From Dendrobates tinctorius (lineage: Eukaryota): a DNA stretch of 64,000 nt. Positions 12,101 to 27,100 of this stretch are shown one piece after another. The notes below the pieces were generated by a model. It searched no databases. It worked only from the letters and a program-made list of their open reading frames with translations, and was not told the DNA's origin. Both the position numbers and the translations under genes were made by a program. The stretch is taken from assembly GCF_039654945.1 (NCBI RefSeq), contig NW_027361696.1:11842001-11906000 (forward strand), given 5' to 3'. Positions within the stretch are counted from its first letter, which is position 1. Every line of letters begins with the position of its first letter.

Positions 12101-15100
12101 CTGTAGAGGTCCGGCTCTGGGGCCTTAACCTGCTTGGCACAGGTCCGACTATAGGGCCTTGTCTTGTTTGGCACAGGTGACCGTGTCTTGTTCGGCACAG
12201 GTTCGGCTCCAGGGTTGTGTCTTGTCCGGCACAGCTTCAGCTCCAGGGCCTTGTCTTGTTCGGCACAGGTCCATTCCGGGGCCGTGTATTGTTTGGCACA
12301 GGTCCGCCTCTGGGGCCAAGTCTTGTTCGGCACAGATCCGGCTTCGGGGCTGTGTCTTGTTCGGCACAGGTCCGGCTCCGGGGCTTGTGTCTTGTTCAGC
12401 ACAGGTACACCTCCGAGGCCATGTCTTGTTCAGCACAGGTCCGCCTCCGGGGCCGTCCCTTGTTCAGCACAGGTCCAGCTCCGGGGCCTTGTCTTGTTCG
12501 GCAGAGGTCTTGCTCCAGGGCCTTGTCTTGTTTGGCAGAGGTCTGGCTCCAGTGCTGTGTTTTGTTCTGTAGAGGTCCAGCTCTGAGCCCTTGACTTGTT
12601 TGGCACAGGTCCGACTCCAAGGCCTTGTCTTGTTCGGCACAGGTCAAGCTTTGGGGCCTTGTCTTGTTCGGCACAGGTCCTGCTCCAGGGCCGTGTCTTG
12701 TTTAGCAGAGGTCCTGCTCCAGGGCCGTGTCTTGTTTGGCAGAGGTCTGGCTCCAGTGCTGTTTTGTTCTGTAGAGGTCTGGCTCTGGGCCCTTGACTTG
12801 TTTGGCACAGGTCCAACTCCAGGGCTGTGGCTTGTTCAGCATAGATCCAGCTTTGGGGCCTTGTCTTGTTTGGCATAGGTCCGGCTCCTGGGCTGTCCGT
12901 CATTTCTTCTGTTTTTCTTAATATATTTCAGAGAGGGTTGTGCCGTATTTCACCGGTCATTCCCACCTCGCGCTGCCGAGCCTGAAAGATGCCCACAAGA
13001 AATTTGATATAAAGATCACCTTCCGGCCAGACTACGCCGATGGTAAGAGCTTGGCGATGGCGTGCACTGTATGTATATATTATGTACACACCGTGAAGGG
13101 TCCGGGGTAATGATGGAGCTTTTATCTACGAAACCTGGAGGAGGAGACGCCGGTGGGGACGGTTATTGCCACACGTTTCGGCTCCTGTATTAGCAGGTCA
13201 GATGACTGACTGTAATATCAGTCACCTCTGCTCCTACTGTAAAGACCCCCTCTATGGTATTAGGCCTGTGACTCCCAGCTGCTGGTCTCCTCTCACTCTG
13301 TACTCCTCTTCTCTCCCCCAGCCCTTGTCCTGTACTCCGGTAAGTGCCCGGCCTTGCATGTCAGCCTGCACAGCCGTCCTCCCATCTGATCCCATGTTTG
13401 CAGTGTTCAGAATGGCGAGATACTGTAGAGATGCATGAACCCTCGTCCTCGAGGGCAGCGGCCCCCCAAGTGCAGCCACAGCATGGTCTGAAGCCGAGAA
13501 GGGACTCCCATCATGCATTGTTCTGTGCACCATGTGACTGTAGCAGATTCCTACTACACATGTCACCGTCTTCCCCCAGCATAACAACGTGGGCGATGCC
13601 GTTCAGTGTTCAGCATCACTCCCATCATCCCCCTCCATGTAGAGACCTCGGTATTACTCCTATCATTCCCCTCATTTTAGAGGTCTCGGTATCAGGCTGT
13701 GTTCACACGTAGCATTTTTTTGCGGCGATTTTAAACGAGCGATTTTGCCTCGAAAACGCAAAAAAAAGCATCCCATGCAATCCTATGGCATTCCGCACAT
13801 GCTGTGCTAATGCTGAAGATTTTTCCGCGGCGGAATTGCATCGCGGAAAAATACGCAGCATGCTCATTCTTTGTGCGAAATCGCGGGAAAATCCGCACAC
13901 ATAGGAATGCATTGTTCTGCTTACTTTCCGCATGTGGCTGTGCCCACCATGCGAAAAGTAAGCAGAACATTTGCGGATGGTACCCACGGTCTGGAGGAGA
14001 GGAGATTCTCCTCCAGGCTCTGGGTACCATATCCCTGTAAAAAATAGAATTAAAATAAAAAAATCATCATATTCTCACCTTCCGATGTCCCTCGCAGCAT
14101 CACCAGGCCTCAGCGATGCTCCCGGCAACTCCCGTTCCCAGGGATGCATTGCGACAATGACCTTTGATGACGTCGCGGTCTCGCGAAACCGCGACGTCAT
14201 CAAAGGTCATTGTCGCAATGCATCACGGAACAGGACCTGCCGGGAGCATCGCAATGATCGGGAACGCTGCGCCGCCAGAAGGTGAAAAAAACACCATTTT
14301 TTATTTTTTTTTAATTATTTTTAACATTAGATCTTTTTACTACTGATGCTGCATAGGCAGCCCCAATAGTAAAAAGTTGGTCACACTAGTCAAACACTAT
14401 ATTTGACGAGTGTGACCAACCTGTCAATCAGTTTTCCAAGTGATGCTAAATACGCTTGCAAATCGCTAGTTTTTCCGCGGGAAATAGGCGGGAATTAAAA
14501 TGCGGTTTTCTCGCATATTTCCCGAGGAATGGAATTCCGGAATTCCCGCAGAAATTTCCGCGGCAATTTCGCAACGTGTGCACATAGCCTCACTCCCATT
14601 GTCCCCCTCCTTGTAGAGGCCTTGGTATCACTCCCATCATCTCCCTCATTTTAAAGGCCTTGGTATCACTCCCATCATCCCCCTCCATATAGAGGCCTTG
14701 GTATCACTCCCATCATCCCCCTCCATATAGAGGCCTTGGTATCACTCCCATCATCCCCCTCCTTGTAGAGGCCTCGATATCGCTCCAATCATCCCCTTCC
14801 TTGTTGAGGTCTCGGTATCACTCCTATCATCCCCTTCATTTTAGAGACCTCGGTATCACAACCATTATCCCCCTCCTTGGAGAGGCCTTGGTATCACTCC
14901 CATCATCCCCCTTCTTGTAAAGGCCTTGATATCACTCCCATCATCCCCCTCCTATTAGAGACCTCGGTATCGATCCCATCATTCCCCTCCTATTTGAGGT
15001 CTCGGTATCACTCCCATGATCTCCCTCATTATAGAGGCCTCGGTATCACTCCCATCATCCCCCTCCGTGTAGAGAACTCGGTATCATTCTCATTATCCCC

Positions 15101-18100
15101 CTCCTTGTAGAGGCCTTGGTATCGCTCCCATCATCTCCCTCCTTGTAGTGGTCTCAATATCACTCCCTAAAGGATCTGAAAATGTCAGGAGCAAGTGTGC
15201 GTGTCAGGAGTGAGCGCTCGTCAGGAGTGAACGTGCATGTAAGGAGCGCGCGCGTGTCAGGAGTGATCGCGCATTTCAGGAGCGAGCGTGTGTGTCAGGA
15301 GTGTGCGTGTCATGAGTGAATGTGTGTCAGGAGCAAGCGCGTGTCAGGTGCAAGTGCGTGTGTCAGGAGTGAGTTTGCGTCTCAGGAGCGAGTGCGTGTG
15401 TCAGGAGCGAGTGCGCGTGTCAGGAGCGAATCAGGCCCTTTTTTTCCTCTCCCAGCCTCCGTATGTAATGTGTTTGCAGTAATTCTCTGTGATGTGACGC
15501 TCCTCTCTAATGCAGCTTCTTATCTACAGACAGAGGTCGATGATATTCGTCCCCTCCCCCTGTTTTAATAACCAGCTGAGGGAAAGCAGACAGCTGTAGG
15601 CTGATAATAACATAGAAAAGGGCCATGGCTATTGGCCCCCTCCCAGAGTAATGCCGCCAACCCTAGGACGCCTCACAAATGGCAAATCAATTTGATGTGC
15701 CAATTCTGGTGCTTTACAAATGGAAGGAGAGGGGGATATGTCAGCTCACCACAGCTAGAGCCTTGTTGGGTGGAGGTAGATCGCTCTAAGCTGTCCCAGT
15801 CTTGGACTTAATCAAGTGTAAAAAGGAGGAAAGTAATCTCCAAACCAAGGTGGAAAAAAATTTATGAAAACTCATTATTTTTCCAATATTAAAGATAAAT
15901 GTTCTGGTGATCATCAGAAATCCACAATCGACTGAGCCACGTGTTTCAGCTCGGAGCCGGAATCATGGTGTATAACAACATAAAGTGGGAAGGATCTGAT
16001 GTGTCCGGCTCCAGGTCTACACTGGTGTATGTGAGGATAGAAAGTAGTCACCTGGGAAATTACCCCCGTGGAGGACAAAGTAGGCAGGATGCGTAAGAGC
16101 CAGGAAAAAAAACGCAACAAAGTGACCATTTCCCCTACAAGAAACAGTCATCCCATTGTGATAGCGAGTTCATGCCGTCCGCTCCACGTCCGCCCCATTT
16201 CATACAAAACATTTATACTATGGAGGTGTCATGATCCATGCTGGATCAGGACAGATAAAAAGCACAGGTAACCTTTTTTTTTCTTAAGCTGTGCTTAAGT
16301 TTGGTTTTTGCCCCCGGTGGCCATTAGGATTATTTCACTGTGGTGTCTTTTGTTCTAAATTTGCCCCCGGTGGTGGTCAGCGTCATTGCACTCTGGTTTC
16401 TTTAGTTAGTGCACATGATTATAATGCAGGTGTGATTGCTCTGGCTCTGCTATAAAAGAGTCACAGGTGTTGCAATCAGTGTTGATTATAGTGTTCATTT
16501 CAACCATCCTTGGTGGAGGAAGGAGCTGGAGAGCGTTCCTTGCAGCACTGTCTTAGCCCTGGTGTGGAAGGAGTCAGAAGGGATTTCCTTGTCGCTCTGA
16601 CAGAGCTTGGTGGCAGCTATTCAGGAGTAGAGCTGCATTCTGGTGGTGGACTCTGTTGCCAGGAGCAAGTGCAACAGAGTAAAGCTAAGTGGTGTTTCCC
16701 TGTTTGTGTTTTTCCTTAGTGTGTATTAGTACAGCGGTGGGGCCAGTGCCTGCGCCACCCAGCTCCCTAGCAAGGGATAGGTGTAGGGTGTGCTAGGGCG
16801 ACAGGTTACTGATCGGCGCCCGGTGCGGAATCGGCATAGGGAACGTTAGGAGCGTTAGGGACGCTGACTCGGGAGTGCAGGAGGTCTCCACGTCCCCTTT
16901 CCCTATCGCAGGGCCCACCGTTGTAACTGTTTCCCCTTACCCCGTGTCTTGTTGTTGTAGTACCGGCCGGCTGGCTGTGTCACACAGGACAGTATCACGT
17001 GCCGCGTCTTGTAGTTTCAGTTACCGGCCTGCGGGTCGCGTCACACAGGACAGGTCATCGTGACAGGAGGCTAATAAAAGAGATAAGAGGCTGAAACATT
17101 GGGGTTATAGAGACCCTAAAAGTGCTGAGTCCGGAGTACAGAACATGGGTAGACAGAAGTTATTATCAGAACATGTTACCAGTGGTAATAATGACTCTCT
17201 TATCACATTCTCCACCCAATATAATCCGCAGTGTTTGGAGATCATTCATATTAGAAAAGTATCCTCCAATATTAAGCAAATATGCCCGGCTTTCAGGAGT
17301 CCTAAAAATCAGGGGTGAGGTGTGTTACTAAGAGAGCGCCCACACCGGACAATAGGGCAACAAACAATCTTCCCAATCTACATGGCTTTCCCTTAAATGG
17401 TTTTATAAATGTGGACATACACCGTCTAAGGCAGGGGTCTCAAACACACGGCCCACGGGCACTGTAGTTCCCTGGTGTAAGTCATGCCTCCATGCAGACA
17501 TTCACAAACAAACATATATACTATCACTGATCAGGAATTGTCAATACACAGCTTTATTAATGTAAAACAGCATTAGTAATCAAATTTGAGGGTGTAACAC
17601 ACAATGGACCGGACCACGCTGGTGTTATTAGTTTGGGAGGGAGCCAGTATCCATGGCCCCTTCCCAGCCTGTTAATATCAGCCCGCAGCTGTCTCCTTAG
17701 TCTCTGCTGGTTATTATAAATAGTTGGGAAGCCATGTCATTTTTTGGGGAGGTCTCCCCTTTTTTTAATAACCAGTAAAGGCTGCACAGACATCTGTGAG
17801 CTGATATTAATAGGCTATGAAGCTTCATGGATATTGGTTTCTTCCCAGAATAATAACACCAGCCCCCAGCTGTCTGCTTTCCCTCAGCAGGGTATTAAAC
17901 ATAAGGGGACCCTATGGCATTTTTTTCATGTAATTTTATATTTATTAGCGAAATCCATGTACCGTGCGCTGCACTGCAATGATTTTATATCTCACTGACA
18001 TCTTTATCTATCCTGACTCGTCACGCTGTGCATTTACTGTACTCGGCTGATGAAATGTCGGGTTTCCTATGAGGTGTGTGTATATATCGGGCACTATATG

Positions 18101-21100
18101 CATGGTCCGTGTGCCTTGCATTTTTTGTTTTTTTTACTTGCACCCATAGACTTGCATTGGTGAATTTCAGCCGTTTTACTCGGCATACTGTGATTTTTTT
18201 CTGCCATTGCATTCGTCGATGTTAGATACAGATGAGCGAATCCTAATGCTGTTGGATCTCCACAGGAATGCTGGTCTACAGTGGGCAGAAGAAAAGCAAA
18301 GGTGCAGATTTCATGTCCTTCGGCCTTGTGGGAGGTCGCCCAGAATTCCGGTGAGGAGGGCTGTTGTGGGTCATTACTGGAGCTGTGAGGTCATTTCTGG
18401 AGGGGATGTAGGGTCATATCTAGGGAGGGATGTTAGTTCATTCCTTAGGGGGTTGTGGGTTCATATCTAGGGGGGTTGTGGTATCATGCCTGGGGGGGGG
18501 GTTGTGGGTACTTTTCTGGTGGGTGGATGTGGGGTTATATCTAGGGGGAGTTGTGGGTTCATTCCTGGGGGGGTTGTAGGGTCATATCTAGGGAGGTTGT
18601 GGGTTCATTCCTTGGAGGGTTGTGGGTCATATCTAGGGGGTTGTGGGTTCACTCCTGGTGGGGGGGATGTGGGGTAATTCCTGGGGGGTTGTGAGTTCAT
18701 TCCTTGGGTGGGTTTTGGGCTAATATCTAGGGGGGTTGTCCTTGGTGGGGTTGTAGTGTTGGGGTAGCTCTTTAGGGAGGGCTAAATTAACCCTTCACGG
18801 TTGATCCAGTGATTTCCAAATTAGTTCATAGGGCGTTGCTAACAACTGGGAATGACCACACGGAGACGGGGGTCTCTGTATGGGAGGATCCAGGAAGATC
18901 ACTAGTCCCCTTTATTTTAGTCACTTCTTTTATAATCTTTTGCTTAATTATGCAAAGTTCTCAACTACGAATAACATCATTGTAATACATTCACTTTATA
19001 AGCCAATAGTATTGCAAGAAAATCGGAATATGTCCCTAGTTACGTGACGTAGAGAATAGAACAATAGCACATTCTTTTAGGGTCTCATATCTCATATCTT
19101 GTACAAGCTAGAACAGTCTAGTTTCATAACAGCTGCAAATTTTCACCTAATTACAACATTTATCTTGAAAACAACAAAATGGCGTCGCAAGCACAAAAAT
19201 GGATCCTGGAGAACAAGATGTCCTGTACAACTGAATACTGTACTTCACAGTAGGGTCAAATCTTGAGGGGGTTGTGGGTTCATTCCTGGGGTGGGTTGTG
19301 GGGTCATATCTATGGGGGTTGCGGGTTCATCCCTTGGGGGGTTGTAGGGTCATATCTAGGGGTGTTGTGGGTTCTTTACTGGTGAGGAACGTGGGGTCAT
19401 ATTTCAGGGCAGTTGTGGGTTCATTCCTGGGGAAGGTTATGGGGTCATATCTAGGGGGGGGGTTGCGGGTTCACTTATGGTGGGGGGATGTGGGGTCATT
19501 CCTATGGGAGTTGTGGGGTAATTACTGTTGGGGTTTTAGGATCATATCTAGGGGGGGTTGTGAGTCCACTCCTGGTGGGGGGATGTGGGGTAATTCCTAG
19601 GGGTTGTGGGGTCATTCATGGGGGATTGTGGGGTCATTCCTGGAATGATTGTGGGGTCATTCCTATGGGGGTTGTGGGGTAGTTACTGAGGGGATTGTGG
19701 GGTTATGTCTGGAGGGTTGTGGGGTCATATCTAGGTGGGTTTTGGGGTCATGTCTGGAGGGGGGTGTGCAGCCATCTTTACACTCTGAATGTGGCCAAAA
19801 TATGCCTCCTCGCTCGCAGTCTGATCTACTCGTGCAGGGAGCAGATTTCCAGGCTACCTTCCATGACATCCATGAAGCTTCAGACCTCATGATGCGTCTC
19901 CCGTGTGATTGCAGATTTGATGCTGGTTCGGGGATGGCAACGATCCGGTACCCAATACCCATTAGTCTTGGTGAGTTCCATACTGTGACCCTATACAGGA
20001 ATCTGAACCAAGGATCTCTAGTGGTGGATAACCAGATGCCTGTGAACGGCAGTTCCCAGGTACCTTGTCCTTTTGGATGCTTCTTACATGTGGTCACCCA
20101 GCCGCGTGATATTCGCACACATTACACATCTACTTCCCCTGTGCAGGGCAAATTCCAAGGTCTGGACCTGAATGAAGAGCTGTATCTCGGGGGTTATCCA
20201 AACTTTGAGGCCGTGTCCAAGACCGACTTGAGCAGAGGGTTTGTTGGTGAGTAGAGACTTGTCCCTGTTCTTGCATCGTCTCTTTCAGAGCTGACATCCC
20301 TCACGGTAATGCCTTTGTGTCCCCCAGGCTGCGTCCGTCAACTGATCATCCAGGGTGAGGAAGTCATCTTCAAGGACTTGGATCTCATTGCAAACAGCAT
20401 CTCCAGCTGCCCAACCTGTAGAGACCGACCCTGCAAGGTAAAGGTCCCGGCCGGAGGAGACGTATCCACATGTGAGGGCACCCGCATCTTTACAAGCTAT
20501 ATGTGAACACACTGATGAGAAACCTGCACTGGCCACCTTCCTTCCATCGACCGCTGCACGTTCAGGAGGTGGCCCCAGTATTGCTGCACTGAATGGCCAC
20601 CTTCCCTCTGTTCACCTCCCCTCTGTTCACCTCTGCCAGGGCTGGCATTTGGAGCAGGCAGACCAGGCAGATGCTTGGGGCCCCCACCTACAAAGGGGAC
20701 CCCTGCGTCTTCAACCCCTTTATGAAGTGCCCAGTGGGTGTACAGCAGTGAATAACGCTGTGCATCCTCTGTAGTCCCGGGGTGTCTCTCCCAAGCCCCC
20801 CTCTCTCCTGCTTTCTCCCTGCAGTCAGGTTAGAAGTTGAGATTGAGGGGGAGGGGCCAATTACAAAACAGCGACAGTGTCAGAGCCGGGCCAGGAAGAT
20901 GCCTGCAGTCCTGTCTGTGTCCTCTCCTCCTGAGTCGTCATCATGACTGCTCCTAGCACTGTCCAGAGAATGGATATGCATAAGTGAAGCCACAGAACCT
21001 GGTAAGTATACATGTATATGTGTATCTGTGTGTGTACATGTGCAGTACACAGTGTGTGTCTGTATATGTGTATATAGTATGTGTGTGCATATACAGTATG

Positions 21101-21126
21101 ATTGTGTATATCTGTCGTGCATGTGA

Positions 21127-21167
<41 letters not shown>

Positions 21168-24100
21168 GACAAAAAGAATACAGTAGCACATGTGCATGAA
21201 TCTAGGCCATGTGAAAACACAGAAACACATTAAAACCATTCAATTTGGATAATAATCCTCAAAAATATTTTTTCAAAACATTTTTTAGAACTTAAAGTAA
21301 GAAGAAAATGAAGGTTCTTAGTGCACAAATTGGCCAATTCCTGTAAGCCCATCAACCATGACAAGGTGACCTCCACCTGATGGGTCCCTGCTCTACCGGA
21401 CATAAGCCACTTCTGGGCCACCAGCCTACAATTTTGGACAAACATGTCACTACCAGGCTTAAGGCCCTGTCTCACTAAGCGATCTCGGTAGCGAGATTGC
21501 TGCTGAGTCACAACTTTTGTGACGTAACAGCGATCTCACCAGCGAGATCGCTATGTGTGACAGCAATCAGCGAGCGGCCCCCCTGCCGGTATCGCTGATC
21601 GCTGGAAGAAACCTCTGGACATTTCTTTGGTCGCTGGTCTCCCGCTGGCCAGCACGCATCGCTGTGTGTGACCGGGAGACCAGCGATCAGGTGTAAAAAA
21701 TAATTAAAAAAATAAAAAATATAGTTATTCTCACCTTCCGACGACGCGTTCAGCCATCCTGCCTCACTCCACGCTCCGGTCCCAGTGATCCTTTGCACGA
21801 ATGACCGCGAGACTTCGCGCTCCCGCGAGACCGTGACATCTCGCGGTCATTCGTGCAAAGGATCACTGGGACCGGAGCGTGGAGAGAGGCAGGATGGCTG
21901 AACGGGACGTCGGAAGGTGAGAATAACTATATTTTTTATTTTGATTCTATTTTTTACAGCGATGGCAAGCGATGCCGGGCGCTCGGCATCGCTGTGCTGA
22001 TCGCTGGTTAAGCTGTCTGTGTGACAGCTCACCAGCGATCACATAGCGACTTACCAGCGATCCTGACACCTTGATATCGGTGTCGGGATCGCTGGTAAGT
22101 CGCTTAGTGTGACGGGGCCTTAAGCCTACAATTTATGGGCAGGTAGAGCTGATTACAGCCACCTGCAAGGCCAATGGGAGGGGTGCAAGATCAGACTGGA
22201 AGCAGCTGGCATCCAGCAACTAAATGGAGGAAAAAAAAAAAAAAAGCGACCAGCACCTCCTAATGTGAACACGTGCAAGCTGCAAAAACTACATAATATA
22301 GACAAAAAGAATACAGCAGCACATGTGCATGACTCTAGGCCATGTGAAAACACAGAAACACATTAAAACCATTCAATTTGGATAATAATCCTCAAAAATA
22401 TTTGATTATGAAGCATGAAAGCTGTGATTAAAAATCATGGATATTCCACAAAATATTGATTTCAGAACTCTTCCTGAGGTAAAACATTAGTATTGTTGTT
22501 TCTAAATGATTATGAACTTGTTTTCTTTGCATTATTTGAGGTCTGAAAGCACTGTTTTGGTTTTTTTTTTAATTTTGATCATTTTTGTCAGAAAAAAAAT
22601 ACAAGATTTATTACTTGGAAATTCGGAGACATGTTGTCAGAAGTTTATAGACTAAAAGAACAATTTACATTTTACTCAAAAATATACCTATAAAGAGAAT
22701 AATCAGACAAACTGAATATTTGAAAGTGGTCTCTTAATTTTTGTCAGAGCCGTGTATATATATGTATTTATGTATATATATATATATATGTCTATGTATA
22801 TTATATTTGTATACTGCATGTGTGCAGTATATTGTGTAAATATATATAAACTATATGTATGTGAGCATACTGTATGTACTGTATATAAACTGAATGTTTC
22901 TGTGTGTATACACTTTATATGTGTGCTTGTACACACTGTATGCATCTGTTTACTGTGTATACTTTATATATGTGCTTGCACACACTGTGTGTGTCTGTAT
23001 ACTGTATATACAGTATATAGTGTATGTTTCTATATTCATAAAGTATATATAATGTGTATACTTTATATATATATATATATACTTTATATATGTGCTTGCA
23101 CACACTGTGTGTGTCTGTATACTGTATATACAGTATATAGTGTATGTTTCTATATTTATAAAGTATATATAATGTGTGTACATGTATAGTGTATATCTGT
23201 GTATATGTGCTGCATATATTCGGTAGTTCTGTAATTGTAGTGTCGCCATAATAGGGCTCAGTAGTTTACCATATGTCTAATGCCTGTGTCTTACATTAGG
23301 GCCTGTTCACACTGTCTTTACTCCGCCCCGGTGCGTTCTGCCTGAATCCCATATAGGACCATAGATTGCAATGACAGGAATGGAGGTTACATGAATCCCA
23401 CATGTGATTTTTTTTTTTTCTGAACGAGCCTGTCTGTTCCAACAGCCACAGAAAAGTGGACACTTTTAGACCAAAAATCACAAAAAGACTCTGAGGGTAG
23501 GTGCACACGATCAGTAATCGCTGCGGGTTGGACTCTGTGTACTTGAGCAGCATCCAGACGTTACAGCATAGTGGACGCGTCTTTCCAGACTGCAGCATGT
23601 CTGTTTATCTTGCGGAGACGCGATAAATCTCACCCATACAATGTATTGGACGCGGTGAATCCGCACGGCTCAGTGATCACATGTGGAGTCACCTGCGTTC
23701 AATAGCCGGCAGCGGACATGTGCTGCGTCAAAAGCATTGCCACTTCCTAATCGTGTGTGCACCTGGCCTAAGGAAATAAATCAGTCAGTTTCAGAAATAA
23801 AAAACAAATTCATTTGACCTCTGCTTGTGTCAGTGCAGTCCGTGGCCCCGTCGGGGATTTGCCAGTCTTAGCACTGGGCTGCAGTGGTCTTGTGGCTCCG
23901 GGGGGGTCTCCGTCAGTCTTAGCACTGGGCTGCAGTGATCTTGTGGCTCCGGGGGGGTCTCCGTCAGTCTTAGCACTGGGCTGCAGTGATCTTGTGGCTC
24001 TGGGGGGTCTCCGTCAGTCTTAGCACTGGGCTGCAGTGGTCTTGTGGCTCCGCGGGTCTCTGCCAGTCTTAGCACTGGGCTGCAGGGGTCTTGTGGCTCC

Positions 24101-27100
24101 GCGGGTCTCTGCCAGTCTTAGCACTGGGCTGTAGGGGTCTTGTGGCTCTGCGGGTCTCTGCCAGTCTTAGCACTGGGCTGCAGGGGTCTTGTGGCTCCGT
24201 GGGTCTCTGCCAGTCTTAAACCTGGGCTGCAGTGGTCTTGTGGCTCCAGGGGTCTCTGCCAGTCTTAGCACTGGGCTGCAGTGGTCTTGTGGCTCCGGGG
24301 GTCTCTGCCAGTCTTAGCACTGGGCTGCAGTGGTCTTGTGGCTCTGGGGGGTCTCCGTCAGTCTTAGCACTAGGCTGCAGGGGTCTTGTGGCTTCGCCTT
24401 ATATTATAGCTGCAAAGTGAATAATAACCATCAGGGCCCCCGAACCAGAAGGGATTTAGCAGAGTAGTTTGGGGGACATGTAGGACTTTTTTTAAATCGC
24501 TTTTTATTCTGCTGTTTGTGAGGTAGGATGTAGAAAAAGATGACAATTCTGCTAATGTTTTCTATTATGTGACTGTACAGCCCCCTTCACATGACCGATC
24601 ATGTTTTTCACAGATGCCATGTGTCCCCTATTTGACCTACGGTGCTGCACTCATCTCCCAGCAGCACAGATGACAAGGGCCATTACACGTCTATGGGTCT
24701 GTGTAAACATGCCGCCCATGTGCCGTACGTGTGCCGTCCATGTTTAATATGGAAAGTATATGAGAAGCTTTGTAATTTAATTTCCATTATCCATACAGGA
24801 AAAACACGGATGGCACGTGGACGGCACACTGATTGAAAACACTGGTGACACTGATATCGGTGTCCCCGGTATTGCTGCACTGGCTGGCCATCTGCTTTCT
24901 TTCCACCTCCTCTCCGTCCACCTCTGCAGTGTCCAGGAGGCGGCCCTGCAGTGCCGTTCCAGCTGGCCACCTCCCCTCCGTCCACCTCTGCAGCATCCAG
25001 GAGCCGACCCAGCAGTGCCGTTCCAGCTGGCCACCTCCCCTCCGCCCACCTCTGCAGCGTCCATGAGGTGGCCCCGGTATTGCTGCACTGGCTGGCCACC
25101 TCCCCTCTGTCCCCCTCCTCTTCATCCAGGAGGCGGCCCCGGCAGTTACGAACCGACCCCCTTTCTCTAGGAATTCCCTTCCTAACCAGGAGGTGTCTTT
25201 TCTCATTTCAGAACAGAGGAATATGTCGGGATTCAGACAGCAGCAGTTACGTCTGTGATTGTCCTCCCGGCTTTGCCGGCAGTAACTGTGAACACCACCA
25301 GGCCCTGCACTGTCACCCAGGTACTGCAGGGGCACTGGGTCCTGGGGGACTGCACCCACCGGCCGTCCTCCTCACCTCCATTCTCCTCCTCAGGTGCCTG
25401 TGGGCATGAAGCCACCTGCATCAACCGCGCTGATGGGACGGGATACACCTGCCGCTGCCACCTGGGCAAATCTGGAGAGAAGTGCATGGACGGTAAGGAA
25501 CGGTAACACAGTGGCCCCTCATAGGAGCCCAGTGCCCACCCTATACGTTACTGCCCCTCTTTCCTGCAGGTGTTATGGTGAACACGCCTTCATTTAATGG
25601 AGAAACCTCCTACATCTCGTACCCGTCTCTCACCAACATCCACAATGACCTGCGGGTGGACCTGGAATTCAAGCCTCTGGCTCCCAGCGGCCTGATATTC
25701 TTCAGTGGGGGGCAGGGCGCTCCGGTGGAGGACTTTGTGTCGGTGACCATGGCTGGAGGACATCTGGAATTCCGCTATGAGCTGGGCTCAGGTACGGTCA
25801 TGTCCCGGGGTGGACGGCTGTTGTTAAGAATGCAAATGTACTAGGACTAGTCCGGCTCCAATCTTGTAAGCCCTTCAACCACTGCGTGACTGACAAGACT
25901 GCGGTCCCCGCATGCTCTGTGTATGTCTCATTTTGTACGCTCACAGCGCAAAATGTCATGGGCATGCATAGTCGTGCAAGGGGCCGCCGCTGACGTCACT
26001 CACACACAGCAAGACTTGTCCAGAGGAATCGGCGTCTCCCGCTGGACTAGTCATCGGCACCTTCCACTCGACTAGTCCTGAGCGTTATTCATGACTCAGT
26101 GTTAGAAGTGTCAGTGTATATACAGTATACTGTATATATATATTAGGGGCAGTGGAGCCACGTGGCAGCTCTGAGGGGCAGCCGGCTGGTGAATCTGCCC
26201 AGCAGTCACTGAGCTCGGAGCAGGACCCGCTGCTCACAGTCACATCTGCAGCTTCATCTCCCCCCCCGGCACATGACAATTTATCCCATCGTGTCAGATG
26301 TACAATAGTATAAGGTGTGACTGACCGCAGCAAGAGACCTCAGCCAGTGATCGCAGCACTACAGCAAGAGACCTCAGCCAGTGACCGCAGCGCCGCAGCC
26401 AGTAACCTCAGCCTGTAACCGCAGCTCCACAGCCAGTGACCTCAGCTCCGCAGCCAGTGGCCACAGCACCTCAGCGCCACAGCCAGTGACAGCAGCGCCT
26501 CCGCTCCACAGCCAGTGATTGCAGCCAGTGACCTCAGCTCCGCAGCCATTGTCCTCAGCTCCACAGCCAGTGACCTCGGCTACGCAGCCAATGACCTCAG
26601 CACTGTAGTCAGTGACCGCAGCCAGTGACCTCAGCTCTACAGCCAGTGAATGCAGCCAGTGACCTCAGCTCCGCAGCCAGTGACTGTAGCCAGTGACCGC
26701 AGCGCAGGATACAGTGACCGCAGCCAGTGACCTCAGCTCCGCAGCCAGTGACCTCAGCTCCGTAGCCAGTGACCTCAGCTCCGCAGCCAGTGACCGCAGG
26801 GCCGTCGCCAGTGACCTCAGCTCCACAGCCAGTGACCGTAGGACTGCAGCCAGTGACCTCAGCTACGCAGCCAGTGACCACAGCCAGTGACCGCAGCCAG
26901 TGGCTGCAGCCAGTGACCTCAGCTACGCAGCCAGTGACCACAGCCAGTGACCGCAGCCAGTGGCTGCAGCCAGTGACCGCAGCCAGTGACCGCAGAGCCG
27001 TAGCAAGAGACCGCAGCCAATGACTTCAGCTCCGCCAGCCAGTGACCTCAGCTCCGCAGCCAGTGACCGCAGCGCTGCAGCCAGTAACCGCAGCCAATGA

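Noticed and set aside
11029-12903. Many overlapping 100-270 aa ORFs on both strands
   Set aside because: Products of the 33-34-bp minisatellite, with repetitive translation in every frame.
20512-20523. CTGATGAGAAAC containing both hammerhead core boxes
   Set aside because: No stem II between the boxes and no convincing stems I and III; probably chance.
23299-23768. Possible Harbinger-like MITE (GGGCCTGTTCACAC...GTGTGCACCTGGCC)
   Set aside because: The termini match poorly and the flanks differ; probably remnants of two elements, so not supportable as one feature.
2590-24395. Regularly spaced repeats (2590-2992, 3136-3736, 14590-15170, 23860-24395) resembling CRISPR arrays
   Set aside because: Head-to-tail units without unique spacers, no cas genes, and they lie in introns of a vertebrate gene.
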